Shown: positions 16,640 to 25,682 of the stretch, piece by piece
How positions within the stretch are numbered: position 1 is the stretch's first letter
Layout: each line of letters begins with the position of its first letter
Origin: a phage
Sequence record: PX907402.1
Direction: 5' to 3' (one strand)
DNA length: 44,317 bases
Made by a program: the position numbers and the translations under genes
The notes under the pieces: generated by a model
Told to the model about the DNA's origin: nothing
The model's database searches: none
The model's input: the letters and a program-made list of their open reading frames with translations, nothing else

Positions 16640-18904
16640 TTAATCTTTTAAGTCGTCATCGGTTGCAGAAAGCGTGATGGGTATATTCGTTTTTATGACG
16701 ATATTCGACGACCCATAGATGGCTCCGGTGTGCGGATCGGTATAAAAACCGAGTACGCCGCGCTCGACCATATCGTCGATTGCCTTCGTCGATGTGCCAC
16801 CTTTTGCCAATCCTGCCTGGCGGACAATTGCCGATTTACTGAATCCGGTATGGTCCGGGTTATCTTCCATCAGTTTTTCCAGGGCCGCGTAAAGTACCTT
16901 TTCTTTTTCGGTGCGCGGTCCGGCGGTGTTCTCTTCCTTAACTGCGGCTTTTCCTGCGGCCTTCGCCTGTTCTATAGCGAACGGTGCCAGGGCGACCGGT
17001 ACGAGGTACAGAGTCTCGTCGCGTGGCGTGGAGGCAATTGGCTTGACGTCCCAACCGGCAACCACATCGCCGAAGTCCGGCCCGGTGCTGGTGGACTGGT
17101 GGGCTTCGAACGCTTCGGACTTGCGGAGATCCACCTTAACCTTGCACTTGAGCAGGACGAAGCCGCGCGGCGCTTGCTTAATGCCGTTACGTGCCTTCTC
17201 ATGATACAGGTTCAATTGTCCGGGCTGGTTGTCGTCCGGTTGCTCCAGGAAGAACGCGGAATCGACAGCACCATGCAGCGCGCCGGACCCGCGGGGGGAT
17301 CTGCTGCCGTTTGCACCTTTCGCCGGGTGGTGAATGACGCCCGCACTGCCGCCGGTATTTTCCGCGATGGCCTTCAGCGCTTTGACCACTTCACCCATAT
17401 CGCTGGCGTTGTTCTCGTCGAACGGTTTAGCATCGGCGGACCGCAACGCAACAGTCTGGTTGAGTGAGTCGAACGCCACCAGGCCAACCGGTTCGCCGTT
17501 AGCGGTGCGGTTGATGAAGCTGATAACTTCGCGCAAGCCTGATTTGCTGGTGATATCCCAGCCGCGTGACTGCAGATCGATAATGTGCAGCTTGTCGAGG
17601 TCGTGCTCGTATTTGATCTGCAATGCTTCTTTGCGCTGGTTAGAGGCTTCACCACCTTCCGCATCGAAATAGAAGCAATGAGACTGGACGACCTTCGCAC
17701 CGCCGAACGGAATACCGGCGGCAACCGCGCCCATCTGCCCCAGCACATAGAAAGACTTACCAATGTTCGACTCGCCCGCCATATACCAGGTCGATTTGAA
17801 GTTAATCAACCCCTCGATAATCGGGTCGTGCTTACTGAACAGCGCAACCGGCTCGTTATCCAGATCCGCATCGGTGCACACGCCGTATTCTTCGCCGTCG
17901 CCAACCGCATCAACAATATGTTCATATAAGGATTCGACTTCTTCGTCGTCCAGCCCCGGAAGGATGGCGGCGATTTGCTTACGGGACATATTGTGTGGCT
18001 CGACGTTCAGGTGGTCCGGGATCCCGATAAGACGTAGCGCCAGGTGCTGGTGCCTATTCAGTTCCGAGCAACACTCGTTGCCTGTGTGCATACACTTGAA
18101 ACGGATCTCGCCATCCTTGACCATGATAGCCGTCGACCCTTCGCCGCTGTGCAGATGTTCGTTCGGGCACGGCACTTCATAACCACGACCGGACGACAGC
18201 GGTTCGAATCCTGCCTGGAAGCACCAATCCAGAATACCGTCCGCCACGCCGTCATCGCCCTGGGTTAGTTCGCGGCGTACTTCCTCTTTCTCCACTCCCA
18301 GCTTATCAGCCAGGCGAAGCAGACGACGGACGCGGGCACGTTTGCCGTAGTGACACTTAACAACCGATTGCTGGTGTGGCAGGTACATAAGGCGGTTTGT
18401 GTCTTTCGTGCAATCATCGAAGTCCACATCTGACAGGCCCAGTTGGTGTAATAGTGCATACTGTACGCGGCCCAGGTCTTCCGCCGGTACAGGATTATCG
18501 GTGAGCACCAGGAAACGAGCGCAACGCGTGCCGCCTTTCAGCGGGTGGCGGTCGCCGGTTGTGGTGTGGAATACATGTTCCAGTCCCGCGTCGATGAATG
18601 CCTTACGGCAGCGGCGTAAGGTGCGGGTGTCGGTACGGTCAATATCGAAGAACAGGATCGAGCGGTCCACCGCACTGGTCTTACGACGCAATCCGTCACA
18701 GGTATACGCCACGATGCCATCGGCCTTACGCTTGCGGCGCGCATACTCGGCTTTATCTTCCGTCCTGTTGATATGCACCGAGGATATTTCTTTCGCATCA
18801 TTGATAAATTCGAAGAACTCTTCGGTAGTCATCTGGAAGTTTTCCGCCCTGGCTTTTTCGCCTTTTTTAGCGGGTCGTGTTACAGCGAATTTAATTAAGC
18901 TCAT
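16640..18904 (-). CDS. Primase-helicase (prim-pol-like N-terminus, Cys-rich finger, RecA/DnaB-like ATPase)
   Basis: ILFFDIDRTD acidic motif, CPNEHLH...CMHTGNEC cysteine cluster, Walker A GESNIGKS and Walker B LVAFDSL. Confidence 0.75.
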   Translation of the reverse strand: MSLIKFAVTRPAKKGEKARAENFQMTTEEFFEFINDAKEISSVHINRTEDKAEYARRKRKADGIVAYTCDGLRRKTSAVDRSILFFDIDRTDTRTLRRCRKAFIDAGLEHVFHTTTGDRHPLKGGTRCARFLVLTDNPVPAEDLGRVQYALLHQLGLSDVDFDDCTKDTNRLMYLPHQQSVVKCHYGKRARVRRLLRLADKLGVEKEEVRRELTQGDDGVADGILDWCFQAGFEPLSSGRGYEVPCPNEHLHSGEGSTAIMVKDGEIRFKCMHTGNECCSELNRHQHLALRLIGIPDHLNVEPHNMSRKQIAAILPGLDDEEVESLYEHIVDAVGDGEEYGVCTDADLDNEPVALFSKHDPIIEGLINFKSTWYMAGESNIGKSFYVLGQMGAVAAGIPFGGAKVVQSHCFYFDAEGGEASNQRKEALQIKYEHDLDKLHIIDLQSRGWDITSKSGLREVISFINRTANGEPVGLVAFDSLNQTVALRSADAKPFDENNASDMGEVVKALKAIAENTGGSAGVIHHPAKGANGSRSPRGSGALHGAVDSAFFLEQPDDNQPGQLNLYHEKARNGIKQAPRGFVLLKCKVKVDLRKSEAFEAHQSTSTGPDFGDVVAGWDVKPIASTPRDETLYLVPVALAPFAIEQAKAAGKAAVKEENTAGPRTEKEKVLYAALEKLMEDNPDHTGFSKSAIVRQAGLAKGGTSTKAIDDMVERGVLGFYTDPHTGAIYGSSNIVIKTNIPITLSATDDDLKD

Positions 18905-18914
18905 TGCCGTTGCC

Positions 18915-19244
18915 TTACTTTGAAGTTTTATTATTGCGTACCCAGGAGCGCACTGTGCTCTGATTAATTCCGGTCAACTCGGCGATCATTGCCCAGGATT
19001 TGCCCTCGGCGCGCAAACGGATAACCTGTTTTTTGTATTCTTCCATTTCTTCATTGTGTTTTTGCAGCTTGCTTGCTGCCGTGCCGTTGAGCAATTCCAG
19101 CTTCGCGGTAAGCTCCTTCTCAGCACGCGATAATCTGGACACTTCAAATAACACAGCCCCCACGGCATCGGTGTATGCCCATGACCGGCTTGTCTCACTG
19201 CAAACAGTCTTCGTTAACATTTCGATTGCGTCGTTTACATTCAT
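18915..19244 (-). CDS. HTH-domain DNA-binding protein (putative transcriptional regulator)
   Basis: C-terminal KSWAMIAELTGINQSTVRSWV helix-turn-helix-like segment; 109 aa. Confidence 0.45.
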   Translation of the reverse strand: MNVNDAIEMLTKTVCSETSRSWAYTDAVGAVLFEVSRLSRAEKELTAKLELLNGTAASKLQKHNEEMEEYKKQVIRLRAEGKSWAMIAELTGINQSTVRSWVRNNKTSK

Positions 19245-19375
19245 TGCTCTGCCCTCAGTTGGTTAATGACCAACGAAACTACACCCAAAACTGCACGGTG
19301 TCAAATCCTTTGGATATTGAAACGGGCGCGCACGCGTGTAATAATAATTCTCGTCTCATTGTCTCTTATTGGTTA

Positions 19376-19409
19376 GCGCCGTCGCATTTTGCCTCGGCGC
19401 TTTTTTTTT
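19376..19409 (+). terminator. Hairpin plus T9 tract (terminator or UP-like A/T element)
   Basis: gcgccg-13 nt loop-cggcgc followed by nine T. Confidence 0.35.
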
Positions 19410-19420
19410 GAAATTAGTTG

Positions 19421-19450
19421 TTGACACCCATCCTGCAACCAATCTATTAT
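19421..19450 (+). promoter_or_regulatory. Strong candidate early promoter
   Basis: TTGACA (19421-19426), 18 bp spacer containing TGCAACCAAT, TATTAT (19445-19450). Confidence 0.55.
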
Positions 19451-19646
19451 TCACCCCGTCGACAGGATGCAGGACGCAAACTGGAGAGGGGCAACGCAGG
19501 GGCCGGATCGAAGTGTCAGGATTCCCAACCGTGATTATATAACCAGGTCCACTACCCGAACGGGAGAACGCGTAACCTGGCAATATGTTAAGGCCACCGA
19601 CGAAGTTAACTGCCGACACCTAAACTTAACCAATCGGAGATATACC

Positions 19647-20075
19647 ATGTTTGAGCAAATCGTAAACCTGATCACTCGCGGCGTAGTAGCACTGGAAACC
19701 ATTGCAAAGCATTATGAAACCGTTGGCGCTGCCGTTGGTAAGCAGGAAGACAAGAAGCCGTCTAAGGCCAAAAAAGAAGTTGTCGAAGATGACGACGACG
19801 ATGCCGAAGACGAAAAACCGGCTAAGGATAAAAAAGCACCGGCGAAAGGCAAAGGTAAGAAAGATGCCGATCCGCTGGCGGAGATGCGCGACGAAATCAA
19901 ACAGTATGCCGCGATTATCGCCGGTGGTGATGACGACGATGCTAACGACGAATTCGACGACCTGCTGGAATCGTTCGAGATCAAATCAATCGCTAAGCTG
20001 GAAGATGACGACGTCGAAGACTTCCACAAAGAGCTAAAAGAAATCGTCGAAACCTATTTCGAACTGGAAGATTAA
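19647..20075 (+). CDS. Highly acidic protein with lysine-rich patch (first early gene)
   Basis: ATG after ggaga RBS; D/E runs (DDDDDAEDE, GGDDDDANDEFDD, EDDDVED). Confidence 0.5.
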   Translation: MFEQIVNLITRGVVALETIAKHYETVGAAVGKQEDKKPSKAKKEVVEDDDDDAEDEKPAKDKKAPAKGKGKKDADPLAEMRDEIKQYAAIIAGGDDDDANDEFDDLLESFEIKSIAKLEDDDVEDFHKELKEIVETYFELED

Positions 20076-20123
20076 TATTATCCGGCCCGCTAATCTGCGG
20101 GCCTATTTTTAGAGGACGAGACA

Positions 20124-20375
20124 ATGGCACGCTTCACGCTAATCGAGGCGGTGGACTCCCGCGACCAGCGCCCGTACTATTGGCTATTCGAACGCATCGG
20201 CAGCTTTCAGTCACGCGTTGCCGTAATAGATAAACGCCGTAACACGCCCGCGCAAATTAAGCGCACCACCTTTACTAACCCCGACTTTTATATTTGGGCG
20301 GATTCCAATCTGGAATATGTTCGCTTCGCAGTTGCATCCGAAGCAAAAACAATTGACCGCTGGGAGACAAAATAA
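20124..20375 (+). CDS. Hypothetical protein
   Basis: 83 aa ORF with gagga RBS. Confidence 0.5.
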   Translation: MARFTLIEAVDSRDQRPYYWLFERIGSFQSRVAVIDKRRNTPAQIKRTTFTNPDFYIWADSNLEYVRFAVASEAKTIDRWETK

Positions 20376-20564
20376 ATGGCTATATTCTTTGTTTTATTTC
20401 GTTGCCGTATTACCGGCGACGAGCAACCAGAAATTGTTATGAATCAAAACTGGAATTGCTGCTGGATGCAAGCTCGAGGACTGGCGGCTACCATGAACAA
20501 TGCCGCGAAGCGGGCCAATGTTGAACACGATTATTACATTGCTCAATTTTCAAGGGTGGAATAA
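20376..20564 (+). CDS. Hypothetical protein
   Basis: 62 aa ORF, gggaga RBS. Confidence 0.3.
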   Translation: MAIFFVLFRCRITGDEQPEIVMNQNWNCCWMQARGLAATMNNAAKRANVEHDYYIAQFSRVE

Positions 20565-21994
20565 TGGCGATTAAACCAAAACGTAAAACGCAATCCGGCA
20601 GCAACACGGAACACTCATTACTCGGCCCATCCGGTGCTAAAAAATGGATGGGTTGCCCCGCCGCCCTGGTGGTGGAAAAAGATATCCCGAACGAATCCGG
20701 GCAGGCCGCGATTAACGGTACGAGTATGCACACCGTATCGGAAGTCGTGCTCAACCGCATTATCGCCGGGGAGAAGATGATAACCGCTAAGACGTACAAA
20801 GGGTGTTACGTCGAGAACGAAGGTAAGGGGCCAGTGAAGGCACACCCGAAAGCGCCGAAAGGCGGCGTGCTGGTCAACGACGACATGGTGAAACAGTGCG
20901 ACGCGTACATCGACCACTGGCGACCGCTCCTAGAAGTGGCGGAGTTTGTTCAGCTTGAGATGCGCGCCGATCTCACCCGCGTCCTACACTCTGGCTTCGA
21001 GATCGACGGCAACCGGGTTAAGACGTTCGGCACTGCGGATATGGTCATGGTCATGAAGAAGACCGACGGCACGTACATGCTGATTGTTGGCGACCTGAAG
21101 ACGGGGCGGCATAAGGTCGAGGCGAAAGAAAACAAACAGCTTATGCTGTATGCGCTCGGCCTGCTGCGCAAGCTGCAATCCATGTACGACATCACGACCG
21201 TGCGCCTGGTCATCTTCCAGCCGTATTGCGGCGGGGCGTCGGAGTGGGATATTTCGGTAGAAGCCCTGGAGATATTCGCGAAGTTTGCGTCCAAGCGTGC
21301 TATCGCCGCCCTGGAAGCGTACGCCCGCGGCAAAAAGGGACTCACCCGTGCCGACTTCCGACCGAGCGTTGATGCGTGTCAGTGGTGCAGATTTGCGGAT
21401 CAGTGTAGCGCCCGCGCTAAGGCTGCAATCGACACGATGACCCCACCAACGGCAACAGACGAAGACCTGGGCGACGACGTGAGTATTGCGACAGAGGAAG
21501 AATGCGCTAATCACGATCGCAATATGGCCCGCGAAGCCCGCAAAGCGGCACGACGTGCGAAGCGTGGCAAGAAAGAAGCGGCCCCCGGCGCTATGACTGC
21601 CGCGGAACTGCGCAAGGCGTATGAAGGTTTAGACGCAATGCGCCAGCACATCAAGGCTATCGAGTCCGCGGTATTCAAGGCGGTTATGGCGGGCGATGGC
21701 GAATCGCTGGGCCTCAAAATGGTTGCCGGTAAGGAAGGGATCCGCAAGTGGGCGGACGAAAGCGAAGTGATTGAAATCTTCACGAAGGCCCGGATCAAGC
21801 GCGATGTTATGTACAAAGAAACATTACTCAGCCCTACTGATGCCGAGAAGGTATTGAAGGACGAGAAGCCGAAAGTGTGGGCAAAGTTGTGTGATAAAAT
21901 CACGCGCGCACCAGCTAAACCGGTATTAGCACCCATCGACGACCCGCGCCCCGCGTGGTCTGTAGCTACTGACGAGGACTTAAGCAATGAATAA
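20564..21994 (+). CDS. PD-(D/E)XK nuclease, RecB/Cas4-like with Cys cluster
   Basis: GTADMVMV...IVGDLKTG...QLMLYALG motif order typical of RecB-family nucleases; one N-terminal Cys and C-terminal CQWCRFADQC. Confidence 0.5.
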   Translation: MAIKPKRKTQSGSNTEHSLLGPSGAKKWMGCPAALVVEKDIPNESGQAAINGTSMHTVSEVVLNRIIAGEKMITAKTYKGCYVENEGKGPVKAHPKAPKGGVLVNDDMVKQCDAYIDHWRPLLEVAEFVQLEMRADLTRVLHSGFEIDGNRVKTFGTADMVMVMKKTDGTYMLIVGDLKTGRHKVEAKENKQLMLYALGLLRKLQSMYDITTVRLVIFQPYCGGASEWDISVEALEIFAKFASKRAIAALEAYARGKKGLTRADFRPSVDACQWCRFADQCSARAKAAIDTMTPPTATDEDLGDDVSIATEEECANHDRNMAREARKAARRAKRGKKEAAPGAMTAAELRKAYEGLDAMRQHIKAIESAVFKAVMAGDGESLGLKMVAGKEGIRKWADESEVIEIFTKARIKRDVMYKETLLSPTDAEKVLKDEKPKVWAKLCDKITRAPAKPVLAPIDDPRPAWSVATDEDLSNE

Positions 21995-22229
21995 AGTATT
22001 CGCAATCTTATTGATGTTTGTTATCGGCGCGCTGGGCTTTATCCTGCATTGTGTGCAAGGCGTGTTAATGGTGGCGTGGATGATTCGACATCCGACCAGC
22101 TGGTTGGATGACGGCTATAGCGAAGCTGCCGTCGATTGGGTGGAGAAGAACATCAACCGCCCGCCGTTAAGCTGGATCGAGAACGCTACCAACTACGTTA
22201 CCAGAAATCTTTTTAATGAAAATGCTTGA
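21987..22229 (+). CDS. Hypothetical small membrane protein
   Basis: 80 aa, hydrophobic N-terminal helix. Confidence 0.45.
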   Translation: MNKVFAILLMFVIGALGFILHCVQGVLMVAWMIRHPTSWLDDGYSEAAVDWVEKNINRPPLSWIENATNYVTRNLFNENA

Positions 22230-22264
22230 CCGCTCAGGCGCAACCAAGTAAATTGGCAACCAAG
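22226..22264 (+). promoter_or_regulatory. Candidate promoter with GCAACCAAG motifs flanking -10
   Basis: TTGACC, 17 bp spacer ending gcgcaaccaag, TAAATT, then ggcaaccaag. Confidence 0.4.
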
Positions 22265-22319
22265 CCGAACGGGGTGGCTTCCAATAACCCCGATACATGT
22301 GAAAATGAGGAATTGGAAA

Positions 22320-23099
22320 ATGGCTAAAGTCAACCTGAAAAATGTGCGCGTATGCTTCCTGAAAATTTGGGAACGTGATACCCCTAAACAGGATGGGCAA
22401 AAACCGGCATACCGTGCCGTGATTCTTCTGGATAAAGAAGATCCGCAGGTGGACAAAGTGGAAGCGGCAGCACGCGCAGTGCTCACCGACAAGCTGAAAT
22501 CCGAGAAGAATGCCGATAAGTGGATGGACCGCCACTACGCCCAGGATTCTAAGGAATGTGCAGTTCGCGACGGCGACGAGCGCGATGAAGTAACCGAAGA
22601 ATTCGAAGGCATGTTGTATATCAACGCCAAATCGTTCAAGCAGCCTATCATTCAAACGTCACTCGGCGAGAAGCAGACTGAACAAGGTCTGACCATCGAC
22701 GGCGACGAGATTGAAGGCCAGGAGATCTACTCCGGTTGTTATTGCAACGTGTCCCTTGATATTTGGGCATGGAACAATACCAACGGCAAGGGTCTCGGTG
22801 CTGGCTTGCTGGGTCTGCGATTCCGTGAAGACGGCGAAGCCTTCGGAGGTGGCGGGTCTTCTTGCTCCGATGAAGACCTGGACAACGACGACGAAGACGA
22901 AGCACCGCGCAAGTCCAAAAAGTCAAAACGTCGTGATGACGATGATGATGACAAGCCGCGCAAGTCCAAGAAATCCAAGCGCCGCGATGACGACGACGAT
23001 GAGGAAGATGAAAAACCTCGCAAACGTCGTAAGCCACGCGATGACGAAGATGAGGACGACGACGAAGACGAAGCGCCACGTAAACGTCGCCGCCGTTAA
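22320..23099 (+). CDS. Putative ssDNA-binding protein (DUF2815-like) with alternating acidic/basic repeat tail
   Basis: N-terminal MAKVNLKNVRVCF and GCYCNVSLDIWAWNNTNGKGLGAGLLGLRF resemble the phage SSB-like family as I recall it; C-terminus of DDDD/KSKKSKRR repeats. Confidence 0.45.
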   Translation: MAKVNLKNVRVCFLKIWERDTPKQDGQKPAYRAVILLDKEDPQVDKVEAAARAVLTDKLKSEKNADKWMDRHYAQDSKECAVRDGDERDEVTEEFEGMLYINAKSFKQPIIQTSLGEKQTEQGLTIDGDEIEGQEIYSGCYCNVSLDIWAWNNTNGKGLGAGLLGLRFREDGEAFGGGGSSCSDEDLDNDDEDEAPRKSKKSKRRDDDDDDKPRKSKKSKRRDDDDDEEDEKPRKRRKPRDDEDEDDDEDEAPRKRRRR

Positions 23100-23118
23100 G
23101 GGCAAAGCCCACTATTCA

Positions 23119-23141
23119 AGCCCGCTTAATGCGGGCTTTTT
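23119..23141 (+). terminator. Intrinsic terminator
   Basis: agcccgc-ttaat-gcgggct followed by TTTTT. Confidence 0.55.
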
Positions 23142-23157
23142 AATAGGACAATGAAAA

Positions 23158-23328
23158 ATGCGTATTAAAGCCAGCGAAGTAAAAGTCGGAATGCAAGTAT
23201 GGTCCAAGCTACTGGGGGAATATTTCACAGTTGCCGAGATTCGCAACAACGGCGAAGAGATCGCCCTGTCAGACGGCATCTTCTCCATGATCGGCAGCGC
23301 TGACGCCGTAGTGAGGATAAAGCAATGA
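23158..23328 (+). CDS. Small hypothetical protein (56 aa)
   Basis: ORF ending in ATGA overlap with DNA polymerase start. Confidence 0.3.
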   Translation: MRIKASEVKVGMQVWSKLLGEYFTVAEIRNNGEEIALSDGIFSMIGSADAVVRIKQ

Positions 23329-25616
23329 AAGACTTCGAACGTCTGTTTCTCGACACCGAGACATTTAGCGGGGTGGACCTGAAGAAAGTAGGGGCGTACG
23401 CCTACGCAGAGCACCCAACCACCGAGATTATGATTTGCACCTACGCCATCGACGAAGGCCGCGTGCAGACATGGGATGCCACTGAATCCCCAACAATGCC
23501 GCGTGAACTGCGCAAGGCGCTCCGTCAGGTATCCCGCAAGAAAGCAAAAATCGTGATGGCTAACGGCCTCCTGTTTGACCGCTTGGTCATCCGCGAGAAG
23601 TGGGGTATTGACCTGCCGGTAGACCAGATCGAAGATACCATGATTATGGCCTTTCGCCACGCGCTGCCCGGTAGCCTCGATATGCAGTGCCAGGTGCTGG
23701 GCGTTGACGCAGAGCACGCGAAAGATAAGGCAGGCAAGGCGCTGATTAAACGATTCTGTAAGCCGACCCCTAAGACTTACAAAATCCGCCGCTACACTCG
23801 CGAGACTCACCCAGAAGAGTGGGCCAAATTTCTGCGCTATGCCGCGCTGGATATTATCGCAATGCGTGAAGTCTACTGGCGCATACCGGACTGGGGCAAT
23901 ACTCCGAAGGAAGATGAAATCCTGCTTATCGACCAGTTGATTAACGACCGCGGCTTCTATGTGGACGTTGACCTGGCGAACGCCGCGATCAAAGCGGTGC
24001 AGGCGCATAAGGAAGAATTGAAGGAAGAAGCCTGGGAGCGATTTGGTGGTAAACTTACAGGCAATGACTTCCTGCCAATCCTGCGTGATATCGCCCCGGC
24101 GTTCACAATCCACAACGCGCAGAAATCCACACTTAACGACCTGCTTGAAGACCCGGACTTCCCCGACGAAGGCAAAGCGCTTATCGAAATGCGCCTCGGA
24201 GCGTCATCAACGGCATCGACTAAGTACAATCCGCTCGTTAACGGCCTATCCGCCGATGGTCGCCGCCGTGGGTGTCTTCAGTATGGCGGCGCAAAGCGCA
24301 CGCTACGCTGGGCTGGTAAAGGCTTCCAGCCTCAAAACCTGGCACGCGGCGAGTATAGCGACGACCACGAAGGGAAGATTAAGCGCCGCGAAGGCGAGAG
24401 CGACGTCTCGTTTTGGGTGCGGTCGCACATGCTCACCAACGGCATCAAATCCCTGTTACGCGGGACAGCGCACTGGGCGTATGACATATCGAAGCTAACC
24501 GCCTCGACCGTTCGCGGGTGCATTATTCCGGCGAAGGGTAAGAAGTTTGTCGTAGCGGACTACTCCAACGTGGAAGGGCGCGGCCTTGCCTGGATCGCTG
24601 GCGAGAAAACCGCGCTAATGGTGTTTAAGGCCGGGCGCGATATCTATTGCGAGACTGCCGGTAAGATGTTCGGCCTTGACCCGGATTACATCAAAGCCAA
24701 CCGCAAAGACTTGCGACAGATCGGTAAGGCGTGTGAGTTGGGACTGGGCTATGGCGGCGGCGTCGCGGCGTTCTTGCAGTTCGCTAAAAACCTGGGACTC
24801 GACCTTTACACTATGGCGGACGTGATGAAAGGCACGTTCCCGGATCACATTTGGGCGGCGGCGAAGCGCGGTTATGAGTACGCCCGCATTAACGAAGCGA
24901 AACGCCCACCGAAGCCGGGCAAGAAGGACGAGCGCCCGACTTACATACTGCCGAAAAACGTATGGCTTACTTGTGACGCGATCAAACGTATGTGGCGTGA
25001 GGCGCACCCGAAGACGGTAGCCTTTTGGGCCGAGCTTGAGGACGCGGTGTTGTGTGCAATCCGCAATCCGGGCAAAGCATACTGGGCTGGTGCGAACGTT
25101 CGCCCGGACGGTAGAAAAGCGCTCAAGATTGTCCGTACGAAGGCGAAGCACGACCCAACCTTTGACGAGGAGCGCGACGACCCGAACGCCGCGGGGTGGT
25201 GGTTGAAAATTGAGTTGCCGTCGGGGCGCATCATGAGCTACCCCGGCATAGCGCTGTCTGTCACTACCGAGATTGACGAAGACACCGGCAAGAAGCGCAC
25301 CAGCACACGCATTAAATATCAGGGCGAGAATCAGACGACGCGCCAGTGGGGATTCCAGTATACCTACGGCGGCAAACTGACGGAGAACATCGTACAGGCG
25401 TTGTGCCGCGATATTCTCGCATGGTCCATGCCTGGCGTTGAAGCTGCGGGGTATAAAATCGTCCTGTCGGTGCATGATGAATTGATCACAGAAGTGCCGG
25501 ACACCGACGACTACACGACAGAGGAGCTTTGCGCGCTGATGTGCGACCTGCCTATTTGGGCGAAAGGCTTCCCACTTGCCGCCGAAGGCGATTGTATGTA
25601 TCGCTACCGCAAGTAG
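23325..25616 (+). CDS. DNA polymerase, family A (T7-like, with 3'-5' exonuclease domain)
   Basis: LFLDTETFSG exo motif; RQIGKACELGLGYGGG (motif B-like) and VLSVHDELITEV (motif C). Confidence 0.9.
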   Translation: MKDFERLFLDTETFSGVDLKKVGAYAYAEHPTTEIMICTYAIDEGRVQTWDATESPTMPRELRKALRQVSRKKAKIVMANGLLFDRLVIREKWGIDLPVDQIEDTMIMAFRHALPGSLDMQCQVLGVDAEHAKDKAGKALIKRFCKPTPKTYKIRRYTRETHPEEWAKFLRYAALDIIAMREVYWRIPDWGNTPKEDEILLIDQLINDRGFYVDVDLANAAIKAVQAHKEELKEEAWERFGGKLTGNDFLPILRDIAPAFTIHNAQKSTLNDLLEDPDFPDEGKALIEMRLGASSTASTKYNPLVNGLSADGRRRGCLQYGGAKRTLRWAGKGFQPQNLARGEYSDDHEGKIKRREGESDVSFWVRSHMLTNGIKSLLRGTAHWAYDISKLTASTVRGCIIPAKGKKFVVADYSNVEGRGLAWIAGEKTALMVFKAGRDIYCETAGKMFGLDPDYIKANRKDLRQIGKACELGLGYGGGVAAFLQFAKNLGLDLYTMADVMKGTFPDHIWAAAKRGYEYARINEAKRPPKPGKKDERPTYILPKNVWLTCDAIKRMWREAHPKTVAFWAELEDAVLCAIRNPGKAYWAGANVRPDGRKALKIVRTKAKHDPTFDEERDDPNAAGWWLKIELPSGRIMSYPGIALSVTTEIDEDTGKKRTSTRIKYQGENQTTRQWGFQYTYGGKLTENIVQALCRDILAWSMPGVEAAGYKIVLSVHDELITEVPDTDDYTTEELCALMCDLPIWAKGFPLAAEGDCMYRYRK

Positions 25617-25682
25617 CGGAAATGTTGCTTTTAGCGGAAACGTCAGGCAATATTGTCTGGCGTTTTCTTTTTCGGGGGGTAT

